From positions 6,734 to 70,733 of the IMG/VR virus record IMGVR_UViG_3300037067_002687: a stretch of 64,000 nt of DNA; one strand, given 5' to 3'. The translations under genes were made by a program, and so were the position numbers. Shown here one piece after another: positions 15,782-24,273 of the stretch; within the stretch, counting starts at the first letter, position 1; every line of letters starts with the position of its first letter. The notes beneath the pieces were generated by a model. The model did not search any database and had not been told where the DNA came from. It saw only the letters and a list, made by a program, of their open reading frames with translations. This stretch comes from a virus (Duplodnaviria > Caudoviricetes).

Positions 15782-16420
15782 TTAGCGTTTGGTCCTGCGC
15801 TTCGTCGTCTTCTTGGCGGTCTTCTTGACCGCCTTCTTCCTGGTGCCGCGAAGAATCGAGCGCGCCGGCTTGCGCTTCTTCTTGGTGGGCTTGCGAACGT
15901 CCGGGATGACTTTCGGCATCCGCTCAACGCCGCAGCACTCAGGGCCGCAGCCGACGCCGCATACCACGGGTTCGTCGTCTTCGTCAACGGTCGTGATGCA
16001 GCAGGGCTTGCAGGTATCGACGTAGTTGTCCTGGAGCCGGTTCAATGGGGTCATAAACGGGCTGGTCTGCATCGCATCGCCGAAGGAGACTTGCGGCGGA
16101 ACCCCAAAGACAGGAGACTCAGGCGTCACGACGACGCGGAACTCTCGCCCCGACGGCAAACCGTTCTCCATCTGCTTGGCGACCGCGCGCGTATCTTCGT
16201 TGAGGAGAATCTCGGAAAGCACGCCCAGGCCGAGAATGGCAAGGTTGGGCAGCAAGGCTCTCATTCGGTCGCCTTGCGCCTCATACCGTGTCGCCATCTC
16301 GTAGAGAGTGTCGCCAACGGTCGCAACCTCGGCGGGGCTCAGCAGCACGTTGCACACCGAGTCTCCCGTCTGGAAGTCCACTAGGACATCCTGGATGGTC
16401 TGGATGGTGTTGAATAACAT
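15782..16420 (-). CDS. hypothetical protein with Cys cluster and histone-H1-like basic tail
   Basis: CKPCC...CGVGCGPECC then KPTKKKRK...KKAVKKTAKKTTKRRTKR; AAGGAG RBS. Confidence 0.7.
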   Translation of the reverse strand: MLFNTIQTIQDVLVDFQTGDSVCNVLLSPAEVATVGDTLYEMATRYEAQGDRMRALLPNLAILGLGVLSEILLNEDTRAVAKQMENGLPSGREFRVVVTPESPVFGVPPQVSFGDAMQTSPFMTPLNRLQDNYVDTCKPCCITTVDEDDEPVVCGVGCGPECCGVERMPKVIPDVRKPTKKKRKPARSILRGTRKKAVKKTAKKTTKRRTKR

Positions 16421-16481
16421 ATCGACTCCTTTCGAGTCAAGTGCTTGGATAGTTGCACATCCGGTACGGCCCGGCGGTGCG

Positions 16482-17057
16482 TCAGCCTTTCGTCGTTTCT
16501 TGACAAGTTGTCAGTATACCATTTTTTTCAAAGGAACGCAATAGCAATTCCAGGCGAGCCAAGGCATTCCAGGCGTGGTGGGCGGCGTGCAGCAACCCAG
16601 ACTCGGGGTCTGTCGCCTCGCTCCCTTCGGCCAGGATATGACGCAGCCCGGCAGCGGTGTACCGCTCGAATCCTTCAGGAACCGACTCCCATCCGTTGCG
16701 GGTGTACTTGGCGGCGCCATAGGTCGAGACTTCGCCGACCTTACTCAAGGCACGTCCGAATCCGATAAGAAGACTGAGGTCCGGCTTCCCATGGTCGAGC
16801 TTTGCGCCGGGTTCATGCTGGGCAATTCCATTGGGGTCCACCGCCGGCCAGACATGCTCCTTGTCGCCTTGGCGTTTCACGAACTCGTCGTAAGCCTTGG
16901 ACAACAGCGAATCGCCTGAGCCCGAGGGGACCCAGCGTCCTTTCTCGACATCGTACTCAGCGAGTGGCAAATACGTACCCGGAGGCTGCATTGTTTCGGT
17001 CGGTGCCTTGTCGCCCGGCAAATACCCGGACACCTTAGTTAGTGACGTATGCTCCAT
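16482..17057 (-). CDS. dATP/dGTP diphosphohydrolase-like (DUF5664-type) protein
   Basis: GAKLDHGKPDLSLL...YGAAKY..NGW...RH...DPESGLLHAAH.AWNAL motifs. Confidence 0.85.
   Translation of the reverse strand: MEHTSLTKVSGYLPGDKAPTETMQPPGTYLPLAEYDVEKGRWVPSGSGDSLLSKAYDEFVKRQGDKEHVWPAVDPNGIAQHEPGAKLDHGKPDLSLLIGFGRALSKVGEVSTYGAAKYTRNGWESVPEGFERYTAAGLRHILAEGSEATDPESGLLHAAHHAWNALARLELLLRSFEKNGILTTCQETTKG
16500..16541 (-). promoter_or_regulatory. operator copy 2 (TTGACAAGTTGTCAG, 16500-16514) + sigma70 promoter
   Basis: - strand TTGCGT (16541-16536), 17 bp, TATACT (16518-16513); lies inside the last codons of 16482-17057. Confidence 0.8.
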
Positions 17058-17059
17058 GA

Positions 17060-17617
17060 TTATTCAGTGGCCTCCATGATGGCGGTACGGACGTCGTCAA
17101 TCCATGAACTCACGGACCGAGCGTGCAATTTATTCCAGGGGCGAGGAACCAGGACGCCGACCCCGCCGGATTCACGCCATCGGTCGATATTGACGTCGCA
17201 GTCATCAACCAAGACGTATCCAGGACGGGCGAGGACATGCTTACAGTTGCATTGAATCATCCGCCCCTGCATCGACGGCAGGAACTCCTGGACCCACTGG
17301 ACCTTGCCTTTCCAGGATTCGGGGGAATGACTCGGGGAAGTCAGCAGGTAGACGTCGTCTCTCCCTACGGCCTTGCAGCAGGTCTTGAGGATTTCGTACC
17401 CGTCTACCGTCCAGGGGAGATTGGCCCAGAACTCCGCGCTGTTGCAGGGTTCCCAGAAGGCTTCGCCCGACATGCCAAAGATTTTGGCAATGTCCCACTC
17501 GCCCCCATTGAGCCCGTTGGCGTAGGGACTCGCCAGACCCTTGGCGGAACACCAGCCAAGCACGAAATCGGCCAGTACCCCGTCCATGTCCAGGAAGATT
17601 TTGAAGTTGTTCTTCAC
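17060..17617 (-). CDS. HAD-family 5'(3')-deoxyribonucleotidase
   Basis: IFLDMDGVLADF, LLTSP, K, LVDD motifs; GTG start with AGGAG RBS. Confidence 0.85.
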   Translation of the reverse strand: MKNNFKIFLDMDGVLADFVLGWCSAKGLASPYANGLNGGEWDIAKIFGMSGEAFWEPCNSAEFWANLPWTVDGYEILKTCCKAVGRDDVYLLTSPSHSPESWKGKVQWVQEFLPSMQGRMIQCNCKHVLARPGYVLVDDCDVNIDRWRESGGVGVLVPRPWNKLHARSVSSWIDDVRTAIMEATE

Positions 17618-17627
17618 GTCGTCGCTC

Positions 17628-18395
17628 CTATTGGTAAACGTCTCGGATTTTGTGTAAGAGGTCTTTTTCGGACCAGGGGGGGTCCGCATTCGTTCGGTTC
17701 CAGGACAATATGGCAAGCAACGCCTCCGCTTCCGACATCCCGGAATCGTAAAGGCAGGCAACCGCCCGGTATGTGTCGTCATGTCCGCCGCTCCCTGCAA
17801 TGGCTCGTATTCGTGAGATGTAGGCAATCCCGTCAGTGATTCGCTTGTCGCTCTCGTAATCGACGGCCGTCCGTTCAGGTCTCCATGCCGGGTCGAACGG
17901 AGGAAGCAGGTGCGTCTCAATGAGCGGCCGGCGCCAAGAGTATTCCCCTAGCGAATGTTCCGATGGGGGGCAAAGCACATAGCCGCCCTCCGCGCGGACG
18001 TCGTACCGAGACACTCCGTCCCACTCGACGTGCGTAGCGTTGCGAATCTCCCCTTCATCAGGACACCGGAAGTAGAAATGAAAGCCGCGTTTCGTTTGCA
18101 CAATCGAGGGCGTCTGTCCTTTGTTGTTCCAGAACCAAGTGGCGTCTTCCGGCGTGTCGCAATCCACAACCACAAGGTTGGAAATCCGACCCGTGATGAT
18201 GCCGAGGTTCTCCTTCTTCCAGGACAGTATCTCTTTAATGGACGGGAGGCGGGTCTGGAACTCTTTCCAGGTGACAAGAGGGCGCTTGTCCTCGCCCATA
18301 GCTAGGACCGCGAGCCTGTAACGCTCACGGTAGAGCATCGCGTATGCTACCCATCGCTCAGACCTAGTAGATTCCATGTGACACCCGCCTCCCAA
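17628..18395 (-). CDS. bifunctional primase-polymerase (Prim-Pol) with PriCT-like C-terminus
   Basis: KRPLV.WK...NLGIITG...LVVVDCD...TKRGFHFYF...DVRAEGGYVLCPPS. Confidence 0.88.
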   Translation of the reverse strand: MGGGCHMESTRSERWVAYAMLYRERYRLAVLAMGEDKRPLVTWKEFQTRLPSIKEILSWKKENLGIITGRISNLVVVDCDTPEDATWFWNNKGQTPSIVQTKRGFHFYFRCPDEGEIRNATHVEWDGVSRYDVRAEGGYVLCPPSEHSLGEYSWRRPLIETHLLPPFDPAWRPERTAVDYESDKRITDGIAYISRIRAIAGSGGHDDTYRAVACLYDSGMSEAEALLAILSWNRTNADPPWSEKDLLHKIRDVYQ

Positions 18396-18581
18396 TCCAA
18401 GAGAGAAAAAACAACTCTAGCAATCTTTCGTTAGGTTCGCAGGGTAGGCGCTAAGCAAACCCTGTTGGATACCGGCCTATCAGGTACAGCGGAATCAGCC
18501 GGTCCTTTCCTTTCGCTTGCCGTCGAGAATCCGTCATGCAATAGACGAAAAACTCGAACGTTGGACGTCCTTTCACCATCG

Positions 18582-18956
18582 TCATTGTGCGCTTTGCTCC
18601 AATACTTCGCGTTCGGCCGGCAAGTTGCGGTTCATCGCTGCCGATTTGGAGAACTTGCCTTTCTTGTAACGCTTGTGGAGCTTGTTGATGTTGGTCTCCA
18701 TAACCATCTCGAACGTGACGTCAAGCTCGTCGCAGAGGATGGCCATGTACCATAAGACATCGCCGATTTCCTCGACAAGATTCACCGCATCGAGCGGGGC
18801 CCCGTAGAACATCCGCTTCTTGGCGGCATCCAGCAACTCACCGGCCTCTGTGGCGATTCCGACGATGCCATGAAGCATCCGAGTGCTGATGGGTAATTGT
18901 TCGTAGGTCGTTCGCTCTAGTGCCGTGGCGGCCTTGATGTAGTCGTCGGTTGTCAT
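18582..18956 (-). CDS. MazG-like nucleotide pyrophosphohydrolase
   Basis: GIATEAGELLD..KK...EEIGDVLWY...NINKL.KRY; ATGA-coupled to the helicase. Confidence 0.88.
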   Translation of the reverse strand: MTTDDYIKAATALERTTYEQLPISTRMLHGIVGIATEAGELLDAAKKRMFYGAPLDAVNLVEEIGDVLWYMAILCDELDVTFEMVMETNINKLHKRYKKGKFSKSAAMNRNLPAEREVLEQSAQ

Positions 18957-20521
18957 GCTGCGTCCTTTTTGATTAAGTGTTCCTTGGGCACCGACGATAA
19001 TGGACGAAACCAGTCCGAAGCTGATTCCGGCATAAACGGGAGTGTCCTTGGAGGGTGGTAGTGATAGATATGGGCAAAGAATCCTTCGAGTGAATTGAAG
19101 CTCTTGTTCTTGGTTCGTGGCGAATGGCTCCAGGCAAAATACATATTCGTCCATAATTCGCTCGTGTCGTCCTTGCACTTCACGTACTTCGGTTTGATAA
19201 GATGCCCGTCCTTTACGACCATGCGACCGTCTTCCATGATGACGTTGCGTCTACTCTTCTCGCACTCGTACCCGCAATGCGGACACTTCGACCCTCGACT
19301 GCGTTCGCCCTCGCACTCCGGGCAGCGAATTGGTTCGACCGCTTTCCGGTCGCGGATGTCGTTGACGTGAATCTCGCTGATAGCATGTTCCGGCAGGGTC
19401 CACCAGGATTCCCAGGGACGGTCGTAGTTCGGTGAACCGTGCCTCAGATAATTCCCGCCATGGTCGGTACAGAGGACGCTATCAGGGGTCTCCGGAGAAT
19501 ATCGAAGAGCGCGTCCGATAGTCTGCAAAAACGACGCCAGAGAGCCGATAGGCGTTGCAAGGATGCAATGGTAGGTGAAGGGAACGTCCAGGCCCTCCCT
19601 ACACTTAAAGCGCGAGCTAATCCCCTTGATGTCATTTTTCCGATACCTTTCTAAAATCTCCGCCCATAGGGAGCGGGTCAGCGAAGCGCGCTTCCCGTCA
19701 ATAAACGCCTCGGTCGCATCGACGTGACACCATGGCACGCCGGCTTTAAGGAATTGCTCCGTCAACCAAACGGACTCCGGCTTCCCAGGGGCGTACATCA
19801 TCGTGGGTCGCGCGTCCGGGTTGTATTGCTTCCACTTGGCAATCACATTGCCCACGATGCTCTGGGTGTAGACCTGACGGGCCTTGCCGTCCACGACGTA
19901 TTCGCCCGTCCTGTTTCGTTGGACCTTACTCATGTCCGGCTGTTCAATGGACCGGAACACACACGGCACTAGCGACTTGCACTCCCGGTACTCCTGCATC
20001 GTGCCAGAAACGACAAGCTCGTCGGCCCAGGAGGAAAGACCGATGGGAGTTGCCGTCAAAAGGACAACCCGCGCGTGTCGTTTCTTTTTGAGGTCCTTGA
20101 CAATCCGGTGCATGATGGCCGTCTTCTGGATGTGGGCCTCGTCAATGACAATGAGGTCCGCATCGTGCAGTGTCCATATCTTCTTGTCGTAGACGCGCGA
20201 CTTCTCGGTATCCGCCGAACAGATTTGAAAGGGGGCGGTGGGGTCGTAGTAATCATCGTACTCCGCGGCCCGGATGGCGACCGGTAGCATCGCGGCACGG
20301 AAGCGCTCTAGCGTTTGCGGTATGAGCAACTTCCGATTGAGATAAAACGAACCCCGCCACCCCTTCGTGAGCGCCCAGTGAAACAATTCGGCCGCTTGCC
20401 GGGTTTTGCCGGAACCGGTTGGTCCGTAGAGGCAGACTGACTTCCCGCTCTCTAATAATTCCATCGTGCGGGATAAACCGCGACGCTGGGGCAGCCAAAG
20501 GTCTTCTGGGAACTCGTACAT
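18953..20521 (-). CDS. superfamily 2 (DEAH) DNA helicase with C-terminal zinc ribbon
   Basis: GPTGSGKT, IDEAH, LTATP, REGLD, QTIGRALR, DHGGN; CPEC...CPHC. Confidence 0.9.
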   Translation of the reverse strand: MYEFPEDLWLPQRRGLSRTMELLESGKSVCLYGPTGSGKTRQAAELFHWALTKGWRGSFYLNRKLLIPQTLERFRAAMLPVAIRAAEYDDYYDPTAPFQICSADTEKSRVYDKKIWTLHDADLIVIDEAHIQKTAIMHRIVKDLKKKRHARVVLLTATPIGLSSWADELVVSGTMQEYRECKSLVPCVFRSIEQPDMSKVQRNRTGEYVVDGKARQVYTQSIVGNVIAKWKQYNPDARPTMMYAPGKPESVWLTEQFLKAGVPWCHVDATEAFIDGKRASLTRSLWAEILERYRKNDIKGISSRFKCREGLDVPFTYHCILATPIGSLASFLQTIGRALRYSPETPDSVLCTDHGGNYLRHGSPNYDRPWESWWTLPEHAISEIHVNDIRDRKAVEPIRCPECEGERSRGSKCPHCGYECEKSRRNVIMEDGRMVVKDGHLIKPKYVKCKDDTSELWTNMYFAWSHSPRTKNKSFNSLEGFFAHIYHYHPPRTLPFMPESASDWFRPLSSVPKEHLIKKDAA

Positions 20522-20524
20522 TGG

Positions 20525-20977
20525 TTATCCAATAAAAAGCACGTCAACGTCATTGTCGCAAAGCAGCCAAGCACGAACAGCGTCATAGACCTGCTCGACG
20601 TCCAGTCCTCCAAGTCCACAACCGAGAGCCGGGATGGCGACCGAATCCACCCCACGGTCATTGATAATCTCCCGAAGCCCCACTAGGCCGCATTGAATCC
20701 AGGCGATGTCGCTTGCATTGCGCCAGTGGTGCTTGGTCGGGAAGTTGACAACGTAGCGCGGCGTTTCGTCGGACCCACGGTCGTAGACGGTAGGCTCCCC
20801 AATGGCGAGGATGCCACGCTTGCAGTCCTGCTTGTACTTAGGGACCATGGCCGGGAAGTGTTCAGAGAATGCCTTCGCAAGTCCGGCGCCCATGACTCCG
20901 ACGCAATTGACGGGATTGACAATCATGTCCACGTCAAGGCGAAAGATGTTGGCGTTCTTGTCTCGGATGACGGTCAT
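20525..20977 (-). CDS. DarG/TARG1-like macrodomain ADP-ribosylglycohydrolase
   Basis: IVNPVNCVGVMGAGLA, VVNFPTKHHWR, SVAIPALGCGLGGL; start at ATG 20977. Confidence 0.85.
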   Translation of the reverse strand: MTVIRDKNANIFRLDVDMIVNPVNCVGVMGAGLAKAFSEHFPAMVPKYKQDCKRGILAIGEPTVYDRGSDETPRYVVNFPTKHHWRNASDIAWIQCGLVGLREIINDRGVDSVAIPALGCGLGGLDVEQVYDAVRAWLLCDNDVDVLFIG

Positions 20978-21198
20978 TGCGGGCCCCCTCTCAGGAACGC
21001 CGACGTATCGCGAATCAAGGAACCGACCTTTTCCTCGAAGATGTCCAGGGCGTTCATGTCTCCTTGCGGATGGCCGGTCTGCTCTAGGTACACCTTGCGT
21101 CCCAGGCATTGAATCTTCGTTTGCACGATAGACACTTCGCCGGGGGTGGCTACGTGTTCGACGATTCGTGCGCGTCCTACGGGTTTGTAGTCTATCAC
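20974..21198 (-). CDS. hypothetical protein (74 aa)
   Basis: GTGA/ATGA overlaps on both sides. Confidence 0.55.
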   Translation of the reverse strand: MIDYKPVGRARIVEHVATPGEVSIVQTKIQCLGRKVYLEQTGHPQGDMNALDIFEEKVGSLIRDTSAFLRGGPQ

Positions 21199-21968
21199 GC
21201 GGCTTCCTCCTCGGCGGCTGCCATGACCTCGCCGGCGGGAACCGCGGCATCGTAGACATGGATGTCAATTGACGGGTCAACCTCACGTAAAAGGCCGAGG
21301 ATAACAGTCTGCAACCAATCGTCAGACGAGCCGGCCTTTTCCCAGTCAATCTTGCTGCAAAGCCGGTCGATGACGCTCGCAAAGGACGGAAGCGTGATGC
21401 GGTACCCCTTGGCGTAATACTTCAGCACGCGAAGGAGAGAACCGCCGGGCTCCTCGTCACGGAAGGGGGCCATGTACTGGAGACGCTTGGACGCCAAATC
21501 GTCGTAGAATTGGTCGTGGCAGCAGGACTTCCAGGACTTCGAGGCGACATCGTACCAAAGCGCCGCGGAACAGATGGTGAAGTCGAACGATTCGCAGACG
21601 TCCTCGGGGCGTGAGTAGTCCCACCGATGGATGAATTGAACCGGCGGTTTCAGGAGAACCGTCACGGCATTATCGGTCTCGATGATTTTCCGCTTATCGG
21701 CGACAAGTCCATTGATTAAGTTTGCGGACGCCAAGGCTGATGTTCTCCTTTGTTCCGAGAACTCCTTGCAAGTCGCAAAAACACAAGAGACTCCAGTTGG
21801 CAACGGGAATACCTCGAAACAGTCGATGTCGTTGATGTCCTCCCGTGCGATGCAGGCGCGGATGTAGCCGCCCGCAACGACGATGGGTTTCTCCTTCATT
21901 ATCGACAGCAACGGCGCCGGAAGTCGGCGAACGCACCATTGCACATCAAGTTCGTTGAGTGGTCTCAT
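21195..21968 (-). CDS. Pol-beta-superfamily nucleotidyltransferase (polyA polymerase/CCA-type head)
   Basis: VVAGGYIR...DINDIDCF...QFI...FDFTIC signature. Confidence 0.75.
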   Translation of the reverse strand: MRPLNELDVQWCVRRLPAPLLSIMKEKPIVVAGGYIRACIAREDINDIDCFEVFPLPTGVSCVFATCKEFSEQRRTSALASANLINGLVADKRKIIETDNAVTVLLKPPVQFIHRWDYSRPEDVCESFDFTICSAALWYDVASKSWKSCCHDQFYDDLASKRLQYMAPFRDEEPGGSLLRVLKYYAKGYRITLPSFASVIDRLCSKIDWEKAGSSDDWLQTVILGLLREVDPSIDIHVYDAAVPAGEVMAAAEEEAA

Positions 21969-22159
21969 AACTTCTCAATCTCCCTCCAGGAATTAAGGTA
22001 TCGGTCCACTTTATTCAGACACGTCATAATCAGCTTGTAGTAGCCTGCGGGGCTCTCTTTAGCCAGCAGGTCGAGGGCCCTTTTCGTCATCCCCAGTTGC
22101 CGGTCCACATCGTTGTGTTTGGCGTCCAGTTTCGATACTGAGGATTTCGGATTCTCCAT
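21965..22159 (-). CDS. hypothetical protein (64 aa)
   Basis: AAGGAG upstream; ATGA overlap with the NTase. Confidence 0.55.
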   Translation of the reverse strand: MENPKSSVSKLDAKHNDVDRQLGMTKRALDLLAKESPAGYYKLIMTCLNKVDRYLNSWREIEKL

Positions 22160-22367
22160 CGTCTGTTCCTTCTGTCTCCTTGGGTGGCAGTTTCATCTTG
22201 ATGAGTACGTCATGCCTTGGGCAGACGAGATTCTGTCCGACCCATCGCCACTCCGCATTGGGCAGCATCGTCTTCTGCACGACGTTGAACATCGGCAACT
22301 CTCCGCTATGCAGTGATTCCTGGGCGCCGCAGATGTCGCAGGTGAATAATTGAATGACGTTTAGCAT
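22059..22367 (-). CDS. hypothetical protein with CxxC
   Basis: FTCDICG...LVCPRH; overlaps neighbours. Confidence 0.45.
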   Translation of the reverse strand: MLNVIQLFTCDICGAQESLHSGELPMFNVVQKTMLPNAEWRWVGQNLVCPRHDVLIKMKLPPKETEGTDDGESEILSIETGRQTQRCGPATGDDEKGPRPAG

Positions 22368-22690
22368 TTACGAATCTCTCCCGTGGGAATCACCTCTACC
22401 TTGAAGTGGCTCTCTAGTAATCTCATGGTAGTGTCAGCGTCCGACAGGCACGTGTAGACTAGGGTTTGCAGTCCGATGCGATAAAGGAGCCGGTAGTCAA
22501 CAACCTCTGCTGAATCCTTAACGGGCGTTGCCTCGGGCTTGAACGTCGCACAGCTAGGCTCACGGGACTTCCACAACTGGACGTAGGTTATTGGGTATCT
22601 CAGCAACATGGACCCTCCGTCCTTGGGCCCACCAATGAAAAAGGCTCGGTAGTCGGTCGGTTCGTGCATGATAAAACATCCTTTACTCAA
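22361..22690 (-). CDS. hypothetical protein
   Basis: FIGGPKDG motif; likely start ATG 22669 after AAGGA. Confidence 0.6.
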   Translation of the reverse strand: MSKGCFIMHEPTDYRAFFIGGPKDGGSMLLRYPITYVQLWKSREPSCATFKPEATPVKDSAEVVDYRLLYRIGLQTLVYTCLSDADTTMRLLESHFKVEVIPTGEIRKC

Positions 22691-22692
22691 GT

Positions 22693-22814
22693 ACCGCCCA
22701 CGGAGTTAAACCGTGCTAAAGCCCACACCGTTTCCTGGTGTTGCTAGGCGGCATAGGGCCCGCAATCTACCGGCCATTTCTGGCCCCTCACCACGCCACT
22801 CCTTGATTGCGGGC
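22693..22814 (-). ncRNA. candidate structured 5' leader/sRNA
   Basis: 10-bp GCCCGCAATC/GATTGCGGGC (22758/22805) plus three-way junction (22693-22752) directly downstream of promoter 22837-22865. Confidence 0.4.
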
Positions 22815-22823
22815 GTGTCATTA

Positions 22824-22865
22824 CTGACGAGTTGTCAGTTTACTCTTTTTCTCCGTTCGTGTCAA
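22824..22865 (-). promoter_or_regulatory. operator copy 3 (CTGACGAGTTGTCAG, 22824-22838) + sigma70 promoter
   Basis: - strand TTGACA (22865-22860), 17 bp, TAAACT (22842-22837), embedded in the 3' end of the SMC-like gene. Confidence 0.8.
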
Positions 22866-24234
22866 TAGCAGATTCGGGATTTTTCTCCTTATTTTTCCCG
22901 TTCTCGATAATGACCGCGCACCGCTTTTCGTCGTCGTCGTTGCGCGTGACCAATTCGAGAATCATCTGGTAATCGCTGTCGCGGAGAAGTTTCTCCAGTG
23001 AATCCAGGGACTCATTGTCGAGGTCGTTCCCGTCTTGGCAGACCATCAAGCGAAGGCGCGGGTTGAGCGCCATACCAATCTTAGCCGACGTGGCAATACG
23101 CGCCGACTTGGAGGCTTGCGAGAACGGAAGCCCGTTGAACAGAACGCCTTCCGAATCAAGAGACAGTCCAGGTAGAGGCCACGTGGCGCTGGTTAAGACG
23201 TCCTCCTGCTTCTTCTTGTTGGCCTCCAGGGTCTCGTTGAGCTTGTCGGCCTCGGTCTCGATGGCGTGAAGGTCTCCGAAGAGTGCGGACTTGGCCAAGT
23301 TGTCGCGGACCTTCGCGTTGATGCTGTCGGCGTCCTTGATTTGCTGGTGGACCTCATCCAGGGACGGGTCAACCAGGGCGTCAACGAATTGCTTCTGATT
23401 CTCGGCGTTCGCCAAAGTCTCGTCGATTTCCCGCTCCAGGAAGTCGCGTTGCTTCCTGGCGTTGGCGAGTTGCTCCTCGAACGCGGCAATCTGCTGGTCC
23501 GTCTCGGTCTTGGTAGTCCGTAACGCGCCGCAGTCGTTGATGTACTTATGCAGGACTTCGCGATGGCTCGCGTTGGTCTTGAGAACCTCCTGCCGTCGGT
23601 TCAACTCCTCCAGGAGGGAGTTGGCGGAAACAGGCTGCTCCGGTACGCCGGGATGCTTCGGCATGGCTTCGTACCGTGCCCGCATGTTCTTGGCGTCCCT
23701 GTTGACCAAGGCTCTTTGCTTGTAGAGCCGTTCGTACTCCTCGCGAAGGCCAGATAAGTCAACGCCCGTGACCTTCTCGATAAGCGCCTTCTGTTCCTTC
23801 GGCGCCATCCGCTCGAAAGCCAAAGGGTCGAAGCCGCGAAGCTCGAAGAGGCGTTGCAGCAACTTCCGTGGGCTGGGAAGTTCCTCTCCATCCTTGTCGG
23901 TGACGCGGATTTGCTCCACGACCGCACCGTCACGCCGACGTTTAAGGTACAACTCGACATTGAACCCGTCGGATAGCTTCCCATCGGTAGCATCATCCGA
24001 CACGGACGGCTCGATGTCCACCTTGACCCAGCCTTCGTCTTCTCCGTCCTTGAGTGCAACCTCGGGCCAGTCGCATCCGGACCGTCCGCAAAGGGCCATA
24101 CCGACGGCCGTCAAGGCAGACGTCTTGCCGTGGCCGTTCTTTCCTCCGAAGAGGCATAGGTAATGTCCGTCAAGTAGGCAGTCGATGTCCTCGATGCGCA
24201 TGACGTTATGAGCGCGTAATCTCGATACCCTCAT
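22840..24234 (-). CDS. SMC/Rad50-like coiled-coil ATPase
   Basis: Walker A GGKNGHGKT, long coiled coil, signature-like FSQAS and degenerate Walker B MVCQDG. Confidence 0.8.
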   Translation of the reverse strand: MRVSRLRAHNVMRIEDIDCLLDGHYLCLFGGKNGHGKTSALTAVGMALCGRSGCDWPEVALKDGEDEGWVKVDIEPSVSDDATDGKLSDGFNVELYLKRRRDGAVVEQIRVTDKDGEELPSPRKLLQRLFELRGFDPLAFERMAPKEQKALIEKVTGVDLSGLREEYERLYKQRALVNRDAKNMRARYEAMPKHPGVPEQPVSANSLLEELNRRQEVLKTNASHREVLHKYINDCGALRTTKTETDQQIAAFEEQLANARKQRDFLEREIDETLANAENQKQFVDALVDPSLDEVHQQIKDADSINAKVRDNLAKSALFGDLHAIETEADKLNETLEANKKKQEDVLTSATWPLPGLSLDSEGVLFNGLPFSQASKSARIATSAKIGMALNPRLRLMVCQDGNDLDNESLDSLEKLLRDSDYQMILELVTRNDDDEKRCAVIIENGKNKEKNPESAIDTNGEKE

Positions 24235-24273
24235 TGGGATTCCTCCATGTGTGTGTGGAAATACCTAAACTAA

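Noticed and set aside
16482-18956. 2-aminoadenine (Z) genome pathway
   Set aside because: No PurZ/adenylosuccinate-synthetase homologue, HD-family DatZ or DpoZ polymerase in the window
20978-21382. Upstream extensions of ORF-track starts (macrodomain to 21382; also HAD to 17920, RusA to 15987, MazG to 19178, peptidase to 28429)
   Set aside because: They overlap upstream genes and are not protein-like; internal starts have an RBS or ATGA coupling
21740-21830. Possible ~20-aa in-frame insertion or mini-intron in the NTase after DIDCF
   Set aside because: Only short hairpins and a remembered homologue spacing support it; needs an alignment
1271-24234. Wadjet-like system from the TOPRIM protein plus SMC-like ATPase
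   Set aside because: Genes are 20 kb apart on opposite strands, with no kleisin/KITE (JetA/B) candidates
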